Source: Acidobacteriota bacterium
Lineage (GTDB): Bacteria > Acidobacteriota > UBA6911
Direction of reading: 5' to 3'
NCBI GenBank assembly: GCA_012729555.1
Contig: JAAYCX010000012.1
Location: forward strand, 86,519-150,518
Length of the DNA: 64,000 bases
Part shown: positions 1 to 9,670 of the stretch, one piece after another
Layout of the letters: each line of letters opens with the position of its first letter
How positions within the stretch are numbered: the stretch's first letter is position 1
Made by a program: the position numbers and the translations under genes
The notes under the pieces: generated by a model
Told to the model about the DNA's origin: nothing
What the model saw: the letters and a program-made list of their open reading frames with translations, nothing else
Databases searched by the model: none

Positions 1-1
1 G

Positions 2-1396
2 CGGGGGGGGACCGGCCGCTTCCGGGGGCTGCGCCTGGTCCACACCCACCTCGGCGGCGAACGGCTCACCCAGGACGACCTGACCGACCTCGCCCTGCTC
101 CGCCTGGACCTGGTCGCGGCCGTGCAGGTGGGGGAGGACGGGACCGCGGGGGCGATCGAACTCGCCCACATCCTCCCCGTCCAGGATGGCGCCCCCTCAC
201 CGGCCGAGCCCTTCCGCACCATCACGGCGCGCGACGTCTACAGTCTCGATTTCGACCCGGAGGAGGAAATCCGCGCCCTGGAAAGCGAGTTCTCCCGGAT
301 GACGGCGGCGCGGGCGGACCAGCCGGAGCGGGAACGCGCCCTGCTCCTGGTCACGGCGCCGGGGGAAAACACCAGGCTGGAAATCACCGAACTCGCGAAG
401 GCGGCGGGGGCCGATATCGCCGAGACCATCCAGCTCGCCCGGGGAAAGATCCACCCCCGCACCATCGTCGGTCAGGGGCGGCTCCGCGCCCTCGCCCTTT
501 CCGCCATGAGGCGCGGGGCCGACACGGTCCTGTTCGACATCGACCTCAAGCCGGCGCAGGCGCGCGCGTTCGAGGACTCCACGGGGCTCAAGGCCGTGGA
601 CCGCACCCAGCTCATCCTCGACATCTTCGCCCAGCGGGCCCGCAGCCGCGACGGCAAGCTGCAGGTGGAACTGGCGCAGCTGAAGTACTCCCTCCCCCGC
701 CTGACGGAGGAGGATGCCGGGCTGTCACGCCTGACCGGCGGCATCGGCGGGCGGGGGCCCGGGGAGACGGTGCTCGAGATCGGCCGCCGCCGCGCCCGCA
801 GCCGGATCCGCCACCTGGAAAAGGAGATCGAAAAACTCTCCCGGCAGCGGGGGGTCCGCCGCCGGCGCCGCATGCGCCAGGGGCTTCCCGTCCTCTCCAT
901 CATCGGGTACACCAACGCGGGAAAGAGCACCCTGCTGAACGCCTTGACCAGAAGCAGCATCGCGGCGGCCGACCAGATGTTCGTCACGCTCGACCCCACC
1001 TCGCGCCGGCTGCGCTTCCCGCGCCAGGGGGAGGTCATCATCACCGACACCGTCGGCTTCATCCGCGATCTCCCCCCGGACCTCGTTACGGCCTTCCGCG
1101 CCACCCTCGAGGAACTGGCCGACGCGGACCTGCTGCTGCACGTCGTGGACGCCGCCGACCCGAACCTGGAAAACAAGATGGAAGCCGTCAACCGCGTCCT
1201 CGGGGAGCTGGAGCTCGGGGCCATCCCGAAGCTCACGGTCCTGAACAAGGCCGACCGGGTCCCCCCCGGACTGCTCGAAGCCCTGTGCCGGCGTTACGAG
1301 GCCGTCGCCGTCAGCGCGCTCTGCCGCGACGGGCTCGACCGGCTCGTCGAGGCGGCGGAAGAGGTGGTCCGGCTGCGGCTGGCCCCCAGGGAGTGA
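2..1396 (+). CDS. hflX: GTPase HflX (5' partial; reading frame open to window start)
   Basis: G1 P-loop [16 protein letters not shown]3 DTVGFI, NKAD G4 motif; N-terminal HflX domain [26 protein letters not shown]; frame is open back to nt 2 with no stop. Confidence 0.85.
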   Translation, partial: RGGTGRFRGLRLVHTHLGGERLTQDDLTDLALLRLDLVAAVQVGEDGTAGAIELAHILPVQDGAPSPAEPFRTITARDVYSLDFDPEEEIRALESEFSRMTAARADQPERERALLLVTAPGENTRLEITELAKAAGADIAETIQLARGKIHPRTIVGQGRLRALALSAMRRGADTVLFDIDLKPAQARAFEDSTGLKAVDRTQLILDIFAQRARSRDGKLQVELAQLKYSLPRLTEEDAGLSRLTGGIGGRGPGETVLEIGRRRARSRIRHLEKEIEKLSRQRGVRRRRRMRQGLPVLSIIGYTNAGKSTLLNALTRSSIAAADQMFVTLDPTSRRLRFPRQGEVIITDTVGFIRDLPPDLVTAFRATLEELADADLLLHVVDAADPNLENKMEAVNRVLGELELGAIPKLTVLNKADRVPPGLLEALCRRYEAVAVSALCRDGLDRLVEAAEEVVRLRLAPRE

Positions 1397-1542
1397 GGAC
1401 CACGGACTTCCGCCGCCCCCGGACGCCCGTTTCCCCTTGTACGAAAAGGGGATATTGTGTTAAAAGAGGTCGGATCGAGGACACGTTCACCGGCGGCCCC
1501 CGCCGGGTGACCGATCGCCATATATCGGAAGGGAAGGAAAAC

Positions 1543-3294
1543 GTGAAGAATAAGCGAATTTTGACAGGCATCACCTTAACGATCGCGGCGGCCCTGGCAT
1601 TCGCCGGGCTGGCCCCGCTCCCCGCCCAGCAGGGCAAGGGCGCGTCGGGGCCGCTGATCACGGTCCTGAATCCGGCCATCGAGAGCAAGATGGTGGACCG
1701 CATCCCGCTCTCCCCGCGCCTGGACACGCTCGAAGGGAAAACGATTTACCTGGTGGATATCAGCTGGGGGGGGCCCGAAGCCGCCTACAGCGTGTTCGAG
1801 GAAATCCAGTCCTGGTTCGCGCAGAACATTCCCAGCGCGAAGATCGTCATCAAGAGAAAAGCGGGCATGTACACCCAGGATGACCCCGCCCTCTGGAAGG
1901 AAATCGCCAAGAACGGAAACGCCGCCCTGGTCGGCATATCGGGTTGAGATGGCTGTACGTCGGCCGTGAGCCAACATGCCAAAACCCTGGAACAGATGAA
2001 CATCCCCACCATCGGCGCCGCGGGCGCCAATGTCGTCAACTACGCGAGGGGGTACGATTTCGAGTATACCAACGGGATGCCGATCCGCTACGTGGGCTTC
2101 CCGTTCCCGGTCGCCGGCCAGCCCCGGTCGGTGGCCCACAGCTACGTGTTCGAGCGCAACGACGTCGTCACCGGGAAACCGATGATGCAGGCGATCGTCG
2201 ACGCCTGGACCAAGCCGTTGACCGAAAAGGAAAAGATCTCCGGGAAACCCCCGGAGGCGCGTCCGGAACCGCGGCTGCTCAAGGCGGACACCGAGGACAA
2301 CCTGCAGCAGCTCTTCAAGGACATGGACTGGACCGACTACAACCCGATCATCCTGCCGACCGAGGAGCGGGTGGCCGCCATGCTCAAGGGGACCAGCCGC
2401 AAGCCGGACGAGGTTGTGAAGGTCATCAACTGGCCCGGCGGAGCCCGGGCGATGACGGTGGAAAAAGTGGCCGTCTGCGCGGTGATGGCCGGGGCCAAAC
2501 CGGCGCACTTCCCCCTGATCCTCGCCGTTTCGACGGCGGTGCCGTTCGGCAACTCGACCAGTTCCATGGCCAACATGATCCTGGTCAACGGCCCGGTCCG
2601 GAACGAGCTCAAGATGAACTACGGCCTGAACGTCATGGGGCCCCACAGCGAGGTTAACAGCGTGGTGGGCCGCGCCTACACCCTGCTGTCGAAGACGGCG
2701 GGGAACCTCCATTCGGGCAAGACGACGTTCAGCGGGCTGGGAAGCAACATCCAGTACAACAACCTCTGCATCGCCGAGAACGAGGAAGCCCTGCCGGCCG
2801 GGTGGCAACCCACCCACGTGCTGAAGGGGTTCAAGCCCGCCGACAGCATCGTCACGGTGGGCACGGGCTGGAGCTACATCTCGAGCGTCGGGGAGGTCCA
2901 GTTGCACTACCCGCCGCAGCACCTGATCCGCGACTACATGCGGTCGCTGACCGGGATGGGGGCCACGGTCATCATGACCCCGGAGGTCGCCGGCATTCTC
3001 AAGGACGCCCAGGGGTTCTCGACCAAGCGCGACCTGAGCAAGTGGCTGGCGGAGAACGTGGAGAAGACCGTGGGTTCCTACTGGGGCAACGGCGTCATCT
3101 CCACGATGTATTCCTCCATGGCCATGCAGGGCCTGGAGCCCTTCGCCTCCCAGCGCAAGCAGGACCCGGAAACGATGATGAAGCCGCTGCAGGCGGGACA
3201 GGTGAACATCGTCGTGGCGGGACAGGGGCAGACCACCTGGTTCGTCACCGACTTCGGCGTCGGCCGCGGCACCAAGGTGGACGACTGGAAATAG
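1543..3294 (+). CDS. Secreted selenoprotein, UxxC motif, in-frame TGA (Sec) at 1945..1947; N-terminal ~130-aa domain fused to ~440-aa domain of unknown function (paralog of 7764..9497)
   Basis: GTG start at 1543 preceded by GGAAGGAAAA; signal peptide KNKRILTGITLTIAAALAFAGLAPLPAQQ; ORFs 1285..1947 and 1966..3294 are in the same frame separated only by TGA; translation across TGA gives GISG-U-DGCTSAVSQHAKTLE, conserved with paralog (GH-U-SQCAPAVVGHAITFE); conservation continues through the stretch between TGA and the ORF-finder start. Confidence 0.6.
1948..1975 (+). other. Candidate bacterial SECIS-like stem-loop immediately 3' of the in-frame UGA
   Basis: GGCU-GUACGUC-GGCC hairpin (1951..1965) starting 3 nt after UGA; needs RNA folding to confirm. 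Confidence 0.3.
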
Positions 3295-3320
3295 CCCGGC
3301 CGCCCGGGCGGGACAAACCA

Positions 3321-3361
3321 GCCGCGGATCCGGAATCCCCCGGGTCCGCGGCTTTTTTTTT
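3321..3361 (+). terminator. Rho-independent terminator after selenoprotein gene
   Basis: 13-bp GC-rich stem GCCGCGGATCCGG / CCGGGTCCGCGGC (one G-U pair), 6-nt loop, followed by T9 tract. Confidence 0.7.
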
Positions 3362-3399
3362 GCTCCCTCCCCGGGCGGAGGCGCGCCCCTCTGCTATGA

Positions 3400-4656
3400 T
3401 TGGGAATCATGGCCGGGATGACGGACGACAACGGAACGGTTCACGGGCCGGCCCCCGGTTCGGGGGAGATTCCAGATGCGAGGGACCGGCTGCTGGCGCG
3501 GGACTTCGTCCTGACGGCACTGGCCAATTTCACCAACTCCTTCGGCATGCAGATGCTGGTGGCCACCATGCCCGTCTACGTCATCAGCCTCGGCGGGAGC
3601 CAGACCGACGCGGGCATGGTGAGCGGGGCCCTCGCGCTGACGGCCCTCCTTTTCCGCCCGCTGATGGGGTGGCTGACCGACGCCTGGCGCCGGCGGCCCC
3701 TGATCCTGGTCGGGACTTCGTGCTACGGGTTCGCCAGCGTCATCTATTTCCTGACCGGGTCGATCCCGCTTCTGCTCGTCGGGCGCTTCGTGCACGGCTT
3801 CGGGTTGAGCTGCTACACCACGGCGAGCAACGCCTACATCGCCGACATCGCCCCGCGCGCCCGCCGGGGGGAGGCCGTGGGGCTGTTTGCGGCCGCGCAG
3901 GCCGTGGGCCTGATCATCGGCCCGGCCGTCGGCTTTCTGCTGATCGACACGATCGGGTTTCACCGCCTCTTCTACTTTTCGGGAGGGCTGGCTTTCGCCG
4001 CCTTCTTCATCTCGCTCTTCACGCGTGAGCGGCGCGCGCCGGGCGACCCTGCGCACGCCCGCTGGTCGCTGCGCACGGGGCTGGTGTCGGTCCGGGCCCT
4101 GCCGGTCGCGTGGATGGCCCTCTGCATGGGGATGGGGTTCGGGGCCGTCAGCGCCTTCATCGCCATCTTCGCCCGCACCCGCGGGTTTCCAAACCCCGGG
4201 TTCTACTTCATGATCCAGGCGCTGGCCCTCATCGTCTGCCGCATCGCCGCCGGCCGCCTGTCCGACCGCTACAACCGGGCGGTCACCATCGTGCCCGGCC
4301 TGGTGCTGGGCGCCGCGGCCCTGGCCCTCCTGCCGCTGGCCCACGGGACGGCCCTGTTCGTACTCTCCGCCTCCCTGTTCGGGTTCGGGTTCGGCTCGGC
4401 CCAGCCGGCCACCATGGCCCTGCTCATCGACCGGGTCGGGCCCGAGGAACGCGGGCTGGCCGTCAGCACCTACTACGCCGGGTTCGATGCGGGGGTCGCG
4501 ATCGGCTCCTTCCTGCTGGGGGTCGTGAGCCAGCGTTTCGGCTTCGGCGTCATGTGGCCCCTGGCGGCCTTCTGCATCCTGCTGGGGCTTGCCGGCTTCC
4601 TCCCCGGCGGGCACACGAAGCAAAAAGATTGCCCGGGGACGCACAATCAATGTTAG
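3400..4656 (+). CDS. MFS transporter
   Basis: 12-TM profile, MFS signature region GALALTALLFRPLMGWLTDAWRRRP, repeated halves. Confidence 0.8.
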   Translation: MGIMAGMTDDNGTVHGPAPGSGEIPDARDRLLARDFVLTALANFTNSFGMQMLVATMPVYVISLGGSQTDAGMVSGALALTALLFRPLMGWLTDAWRRRPLILVGTSCYGFASVIYFLTGSIPLLLVGRFVHGFGLSCYTTASNAYIADIAPRARRGEAVGLFAAAQAVGLIIGPAVGFLLIDTIGFHRLFYFSGGLAFAAFFISLFTRERRAPGDPAHARWSLRTGLVSVRALPVAWMALCMGMGFGAVSAFIAIFARTRGFPNPGFYFMIQALALIVCRIAAGRLSDRYNRAVTIVPGLVLGAAALALLPLAHGTALFVLSASLFGFGFGSAQPATMALLIDRVGPEERGLAVSTYYAGFDAGVAIGSFLLGVVSQRFGFGVMWPLAAFCILLGLAGFLPGGHTKQKDCPGTHNQC

Positions 4657-4694
4657 ACTCGCCGGGTCATCTTTTGCGCAAAAGGAGAAACATC

Positions 4695-5360
4695 ATGAGT
4701 TCGACCAAAGACGAGAAACCGGGCCGCAGGGCGTTCTTCCAGGAAATCACCGCGGGAACCGCGGGGTTTGCGATGGCGACGGCCCTGGCCCAGATGGCCG
4801 CGCCGGCCGCGGCGGCTCAGGACGCCAAGGCGCCCGCCCCCAAGAAGGCCGAATCGGCGTTTTTCAAAAACCCTCCGCCATGGCCCAAGGGGACCGAGGG
4901 GAGCAAGTACGACCACCTGTTCAGCACCAGGCTCCGGGAAAACACGATCGTGCCCGACATCGTTCCCGGCCCCCAGGCCTATTTCCGGGGAGACAGCGAC
5001 CTCCCGGGGGCGAAGATCAACATGGGGTGGCAGATCTTCACAAAGCCCTACCGGCTGGAGATGGAATCGCACCACCACGACACGGACGAATACCTCTTCT
5101 TCCTCGGTTCGACCCTGCCCGACCTGGCGGGTTCTTTCGACGCCGAGATCGAGTACTTCATGGGCAAGGAGTACGAACGGCACATCATCACCAAGGCGAC
5201 GGTGCTCTACATCCCGGCGGGACTGGAACACAATCCCTGCGACATCCGCAGGGTGGGCAAGCCGCTGCTCTTCAGCGCGCTTCAGCTCGCGCCTTACTTC
5301 AACGGCGTCTACCAGACGCAGGGCTACATGGAATTGCGGGGAATGAAGAAGATCGACTGA
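4695..5360 (+). CDS. Tat-signal cupin-domain protein
   Basis: RBS AAAGGAGAAA; twin-arginine motif GRRAFFQEI plus hydrophobic region; cupin metal motif HHHDTDEYLFFLG. Confidence 0.6.
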   Translation: MSSTKDEKPGRRAFFQEITAGTAGFAMATALAQMAAPAAAAQDAKAPAPKKAESAFFKNPPPWPKGTEGSKYDHLFSTRLRENTIVPDIVPGPQAYFRGDSDLPGAKINMGWQIFTKPYRLEMESHHHDTDEYLFFLGSTLPDLAGSFDAEIEYFMGKEYERHIITKATVLYIPAGLEHNPCDIRRVGKPLLFSALQLAPYFNGVYQTQGYMELRGMKKID

Positions 5361-5414
5361 ACCCCGGCCGCACGGGGGCCCGGAACGGTCCCCCGTGCGG
5401 CAATGGCGCCGGCC

Positions 5415-5912
5415 TCAGGCCAGCCCGAGCGCATTCTTCACATCGTCGAGGAAGGCCTGCTCCGCCCCGCTCACCCTTTCGCCGCCGAATCCCAAAAATC
5501 CTCCTTCCCTTGCGGCGCCTGCGGCTTTTTCGGCCACCTCCAGGATCAGGTGCCGGTACGCTGCGGCCTCTTCCGGCGCCGCCTTGCCCCCGAGCAGTTC
5601 CATCGCCTCGCCGATGCGCGCGAGCACGGCGGATTTGAGGTTTTCCATCTGCTGCCGGCGGTCCCCCTCGCCCAGGAGCGTTTTCGGATCGGGTGTCCCC
5701 GGGGTGCTCCGGTCCTCCAGCATCGCGGCAAGAAGTTCATGCCCCGCCCCCTGCCTGAGCGACCCGATCCATCCCGTCGCCCCGGCCGCCGCCTCCTTCA
5801 CGGCGCCGATGATGCCGCTGGGATCGGCGGCCGACACCCCGCTCGAGACCAGGGCGGGCAGGATCCTGAGCAGGTTCCACTCCTCGGCCGTGAACATGGC
5901 TCTGGTGGTCAT
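5415..5912 (-). CDS. Hypothetical protein
   Basis: 165-aa ORF convergent with cupin gene; no recognisable catalytic motif. Confidence 0.4.
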   Translation of the reverse strand: MTTRAMFTAEEWNLLRILPALVSSGVSAADPSGIIGAVKEAAAGATGWIGSLRQGAGHELLAAMLEDRSTPGTPDPKTLLGEGDRRQQMENLKSAVLARIGEAMELLGGKAAPEEAAAYRHLILEVAEKAAGAAREGGFLGFGGERVSGAEQAFLDDVKNALGLA

Positions 5913-5941
5913 GGCCCCTCTCCTTTCAGGAAAACGTCCGC

Positions 5942-6355
5942 TCAGGCGTTGGGGATCTTGAGCACCTGTCCCACCTTGATGAGGTTCGGGTCGGTGAGCT
6001 GGTCCTTGTTGGCGTCGAAAATCTTCATGTAGGCGCCGGCGTTGCCGTAGAACTGCTTCGCGAGCTTCGAGAGCGTGTCCCCCGGCTGGACCGTATAGGT
6101 CTTTGCCGCCGGGGCGGCCGCGGCTGGGGGCGCCATCGAGGGATCGATGACGATGTCGCAGGTCAGGTCGGCGTAGGCCGGGTCCACGAGCTTGATCTGG
6201 TTCCAGATGGCGTTTTTCTGTTCCTCGGTTCCGGCCGAGGCCTTGACGAAGAGTTTGTTGTCCTGCAGGTGGAGGTTGTGCATCCGGAGTTTCTTCTGCT
6301 CGATAAGGCGCAATACCGACTGATACTTCGCTTTGAGTTCCTCGAAACGGTCCAT
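5942..6355 (-). CDS. BON/LysM domain protein (YgaU/Kbp-like)
   Basis: C-terminal LysM YTVQPGDTLSKLAKQFYGNAGAYMKIFDANKDQLTDPNLIKVGQVLKIP; start at MDRFEEL with RBS GGAGGCAGC. Confidence 0.65.
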   Translation of the reverse strand: MDRFEELKAKYQSVLRLIEQKKLRMHNLHLQDNKLFVKASAGTEEQKNAIWNQIKLVDPAYADLTCDIVIDPSMAPPAAAAPAAKTYTVQPGDTLSKLAKQFYGNAGAYMKIFDANKDQLTDPNLIKVGQVLKIPNA

Positions 6356-6387
6356 GCTGCCTCCTTTATGAGAAAGAATGAGATTTC

Positions 6388-6418
6388 CTGCCGCGGCTTC
6401 GGATTGCGGCCGCGGTCC
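6388..6418 (-). terminator. Possible terminator downstream of FemAB-like gene
   Basis: 7-bp GC stem CCGCGGC/GCCGCGG with 11-nt loop, T-rich run following on minus strand. Confidence 0.3.
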
Positions 6419-6497
6419 CCGTAGCATTCAGCATACCCGCCCGCGCTCCGCTCCGTCAAACTCTTTGCCCTCGCCGGGCGGAGGCGCCCCGCCCCGG

Positions 6498-7685
6498 TCA
6501 TGCCGGCAGCGCCGCTTCGCAAAAATTGCTCTGCAGTTCGCGGCTCCGGTAGCTTTCGTATTTCTCCGGGTCGATGGGAAAGTCCCACGAACCGACCCGG
6601 TGCTCGATGCGGCCGCCGAAGCCGGTCTTGAACCGGTAGAGACCGTAGAACGGGTGGAGCGGGTCCCGGAGGGCCGACACCGCCCCCATGTCATAGGACA
6701 GGCAGCCGCTCCGCCGCGCCTCCCGGATGGCGTGCCACTGGACGGCGTAAGGCGCCATCAGGTTGCGGCAGGAGCTCGAGGAGGCCCCGAACAGATAGGT
6801 GGCGGCCTTCCCCGAACGCGCCACGATCGCGCCGGCCAGCGTCCGGCTCCCATGGAGGGCCAGGTAGAAGGCCAGGGTGGGGCCGTTCCGTGCGCCGGCC
6901 AGGGTGTCGAACAGGGCCGCGAAATGGGCATAATCGCGCGCGGGGAAACGGTTCCGCCGGCATGTCTCCAGGTACAGACCGTAAAACGCCGGCAGCGCCG
7001 CGGCGTCGGCGGCGACGACTTCGACCCCCTTCCTCCCGGCCAGGCGGACATTGTAGCGGGTCTTGGGCTTCATGCCGTTGAGCAGCTGCTCCTCGCTCCC
7101 GGCGAGGTCCAGGACCAGGGAGTCGGCGACGGTCAGGTCGAGCGGGGCCTTGCGCAGGTTCCACTGCCGGGTGGAAAAGTTCATGCGGATTTCGCGCAGC
7201 CGGTTCTCGGGGCGCCAGAGCCCCGCCGCGGCCCCTTCCCCTTCGGCCTCGCCGTCGAGGGCGTAGGGGTCGGCCCAGGGGAGATCGTAGCGGATGAACA
7301 CGCAGGCCGGGTCCAGGTAGCGGGAGACCGCATCGGACAGTTCCTCGAGGAACCGGCCGTAATCCTGCGGGTCCGGCCCGTGCTCGGGCCCCTGCGGGAC
7401 GCACGCCATCGCCGTGTCGCCGTCCAGGGGCCGGGTCAGGGCCATCATGTCCCCCGTCCCGGAGGGGCGGGAAATTTCGAAGGCCTCCACCTCCCACCCC
7501 AGGCGCCGCTTCACGCTCCCCCAGAAGGATGTCTGGAAAAGGATATCGGTGGGGTAAAGCCGGCTCGCGGGCTTGGGCGTCACCTCGAGATTCATGATGA
7601 CGAAGTTATCCCTCATTCGGCCCCCGATCTCAATGGGGGAAAGCAGGAAAAGACCTGCTCCAATGGAGGGCGGGGCGTCATCCAA
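6498..7685 (-). CDS. FemAB-family / GNAT-fold peptidoglycan bridge-forming aminoacyltransferase-like protein
   Basis: Length and composition typical of FemX/FemAB family (BioF2-like N-acyltransferase fold); alternative start at internal Met (7616). Confidence 0.55.
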   Translation of the reverse strand: MDDAPPSIGAGLFLLSPIEIGGRMRDNFVIMNLEVTPKPASRLYPTDILFQTSFWGSVKRRLGWEVEAFEISRPSGTGDMMALTRPLDGDTAMACVPQGPEHGPDPQDYGRFLEELSDAVSRYLDPACVFIRYDLPWADPYALDGEAEGEGAAAGLWRPENRLREIRMNFSTRQWNLRKAPLDLTVADSLVLDLAGSEEQLLNGMKPKTRYNVRLAGRKGVEVVAADAAALPAFYGLYLETCRRNRFPARDYAHFAALFDTLAGARNGPTLAFYLALHGSRTLAGAIVARSGKAATYLFGASSSSCRNLMAPYAVQWHAIREARRSGCLSYDMGAVSALRDPLHPFYGLYRFKTGFGGRIEHRVGSWDFPIDPEKYESYRSRELQSNFCEAALPA

Positions 7686-7763
7686 CCGCCCGGAACCAGC
7701 CTTGATGAAAAGAGCGGCGGCCGGGTCGCGGCCGCCGCCCTCTTTGCCCTCAGCCGCGCGCGG

Positions 7764-9497
7764 CTACCGCCAGTCGTCGATCTTGACGCTCCGGCCGTAG
7801 CGCAGCCCGCCGATGCTGTAATAATTATTGTTCGTCCCGCCGGTGACGATGATGGCGGTGTTGGAAAACCCGCCCATCATCGGCGGCATCTCCGCCTTGG
7901 GGGCCGGTTTCGCCTGGGCCCCGCCTTCCGGCTTCGCCTTGGGGGGCGCCATCTTTCCCATCGGGAACTGCGGCGCCGGCTCCAGGTACCTTTCAAACTT
8001 CTCCACAGTGTCGTAGCCCGCGTTCTTGATGAACTGGGCGATCGGGGGGCTCAGCACCGCGCAGGCTCCGAACAAAAACCCCTGCTGGTCGAAGATGTCC
8101 TTGATGATCTTGGGATAGTCCATCTCCTTTCCCCAGCTGGCGGCCTTCCAGTTGGCGGCCGAGAGCACGCCCCAGCCCTCGAAGAGGCTGACGATGTTCT
8201 CCCCCTTTTTGAACCCCTTGCGGACCGAGAGGGGGGCCCAGGGGGACTCCTCCTCGTTCTCGGCGATCACGATGTTGATCAGGTTCATCGGGTTGCCGAC
8301 GACGCCCATGTAGGTCGTCCCCACCTTGCCGCAGTTGCCGAGGTTGATCGACATCAGCGACCAGGCGCGCCCGATGGTGGTGTTGGCGTGGGCGTAGGGC
8401 CCCATGGCCCCCACCTTGGAGTTCAGGCCGATCTCGTCCCGGATGGCCCCGTTGATGACCAGGGCGCCCACGAAGGAGTTGTCCGACACCGAGATCGCCT
8501 CCTTCCCGGTGGAGGCCACCGCGAGGAGGAGGGGGAAATATTCCGGCTTGCACCCGGCCATGACCGCGTTCACCGCCACGTCCCGGACCGTGTAGGTCCA
8601 GTCCTTGAAATAGGTCCCGGTCTGGGTGGGCGACATCCTGCCCACGATCTCGTCCGGTTCGTGGCTCGTCCCCTTGAGCATGTCATCGACCCGCTCCGGG
8701 GTGGGCAGCACGATGGGGAGGAAATCGGTGTAGCGTTTTTCCAGAAACATCCTGTGCAGGTTTTCGGCCGTGTCGGTGAAGGTGCCCGGCCCCCGGCTCT
8801 GCTCGACCTTCCCCGTCCGCTTCTCTTCGGCCGTCAGCGGCTTGGTGAATTTTTCGACGATCTCCCGCATGACGGGCTGGCCCGTGATCGGGTTTTTTCC
8901 GTTGATGACGTCGCGCCGCAGTTCGTCGCGCGTCTTGGCCCAGACCGGGCCCCGGATCCACTGCGTCCGCAGCCCCGGCAACCCCTCCTGGAGCGCCTTG
9001 TCGACCTCCTGCTCGTAGAACTCGGAGAGGACGATCGGGACGGCGGGTTTGTTCAGCTTGGTTTCAAAAGTGATGGCGTGGCCGACAACCGCCGGCGCAC
9101 ACTGGCTTCAATGACCCAGGGCGATGATGATGCCGTCGGCCTTCTCCTTCATCTCCGCCCAGAGCTCCGGGTCCTCGGCGTCGAATCCTCCGCCCCCCTT
9201 GCGCTTGAACACGGTCGTGGTCCCGGGATGGTTCGCCTTGAACCAGTCCTGGATCTCGTAGAGCAGGTTGTCGCCGCCGATGAACCCGTCATCGACGAGG
9301 TAGATCGTCTTCCCCTCAAGCGTGTCGAGCCGGGGCGCCATCTGCTGGAGCGTGATCGGCGGGGGCGTTCCGAGCGGGTTCAGCACGGTGATCTTCTCTT
9401 CCGCGGCCGCCGCGGCCCGGCCGTCGAGGGCCGAATACGTGCAGGACAGGCCGAGGCACAGCAGCGCGATCAGGACTACGGGTTTGTGCCACTTCAT
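7764..9497 (-). CDS. Secreted selenoprotein paralog, in-frame TGA (Sec) at 9108..9110; same two-domain architecture as 1543..3294
   Basis: ATG 9497 with GGAGGAG RBS; signal peptide MKWHKPVVLIALLCLGLSC; ORFs 9108..9533 and 7764..8981 are in the same frame; read-through gives GIIIALGH-U-SQCAPAVVGHAITFETKLNKPAVPIV... conserved with paralog; both end KVDDWK/KIDDWR. Confidence 0.6.
9078..9100 (-). other. Candidate SECIS-like stem-loop 3' of UGA (minus strand)
   Basis: GUG-C-GCCG[GCGGUUGU]CGGC-CAC hairpin beginning 7 nt after UGA; G/U-rich apical loop. Confidence 0.3.
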
Positions 9498-9670
9498 AGG
9501 GACTCCTCCGTTGAATGCTTTGTGATACGACAATCCCCCGGGGCCCGGCCTTCGCTCGAACCGGCCCAGGGCATCGTCCTCCGAGACGTTCCAGCATAAT
9601 GCGGCCCGTCCCGGAAATCCCGATAAAAATCGCCTGGTTCCCCTCCCGCCGCGCTGCGGTTCTCATGGTG

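Noticed and set aside
1285-1542. N-terminal extension of the small ORF overlapping hflX
   Set aside because: It overlaps the hflX 3' end in another frame. There is a signal peptide and an RBS-preceded GTG at 1543, so the start was set there.
1945-1947. Treating TGA 1945..1947 and 9108..9110 as ordinary stops separating two genes each
   Set aside because: The flanking ORFs are in the same frame. The residues between TGA and the next ATG/GTG are conserved between paralogs. The downstream ORFs lack their own RBS or signal peptide. Sec readthrough explains all of these.
6378-9599. 1073-aa plus-strand ORF spanning the FemAB-like and selenoprotein-2 loci
   Set aside because: Antisense to well-supported minus-strand genes. 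Composition is Arg/Gly/Pro-rich low complexity, typical of high-GC antisense frames. No motifs.
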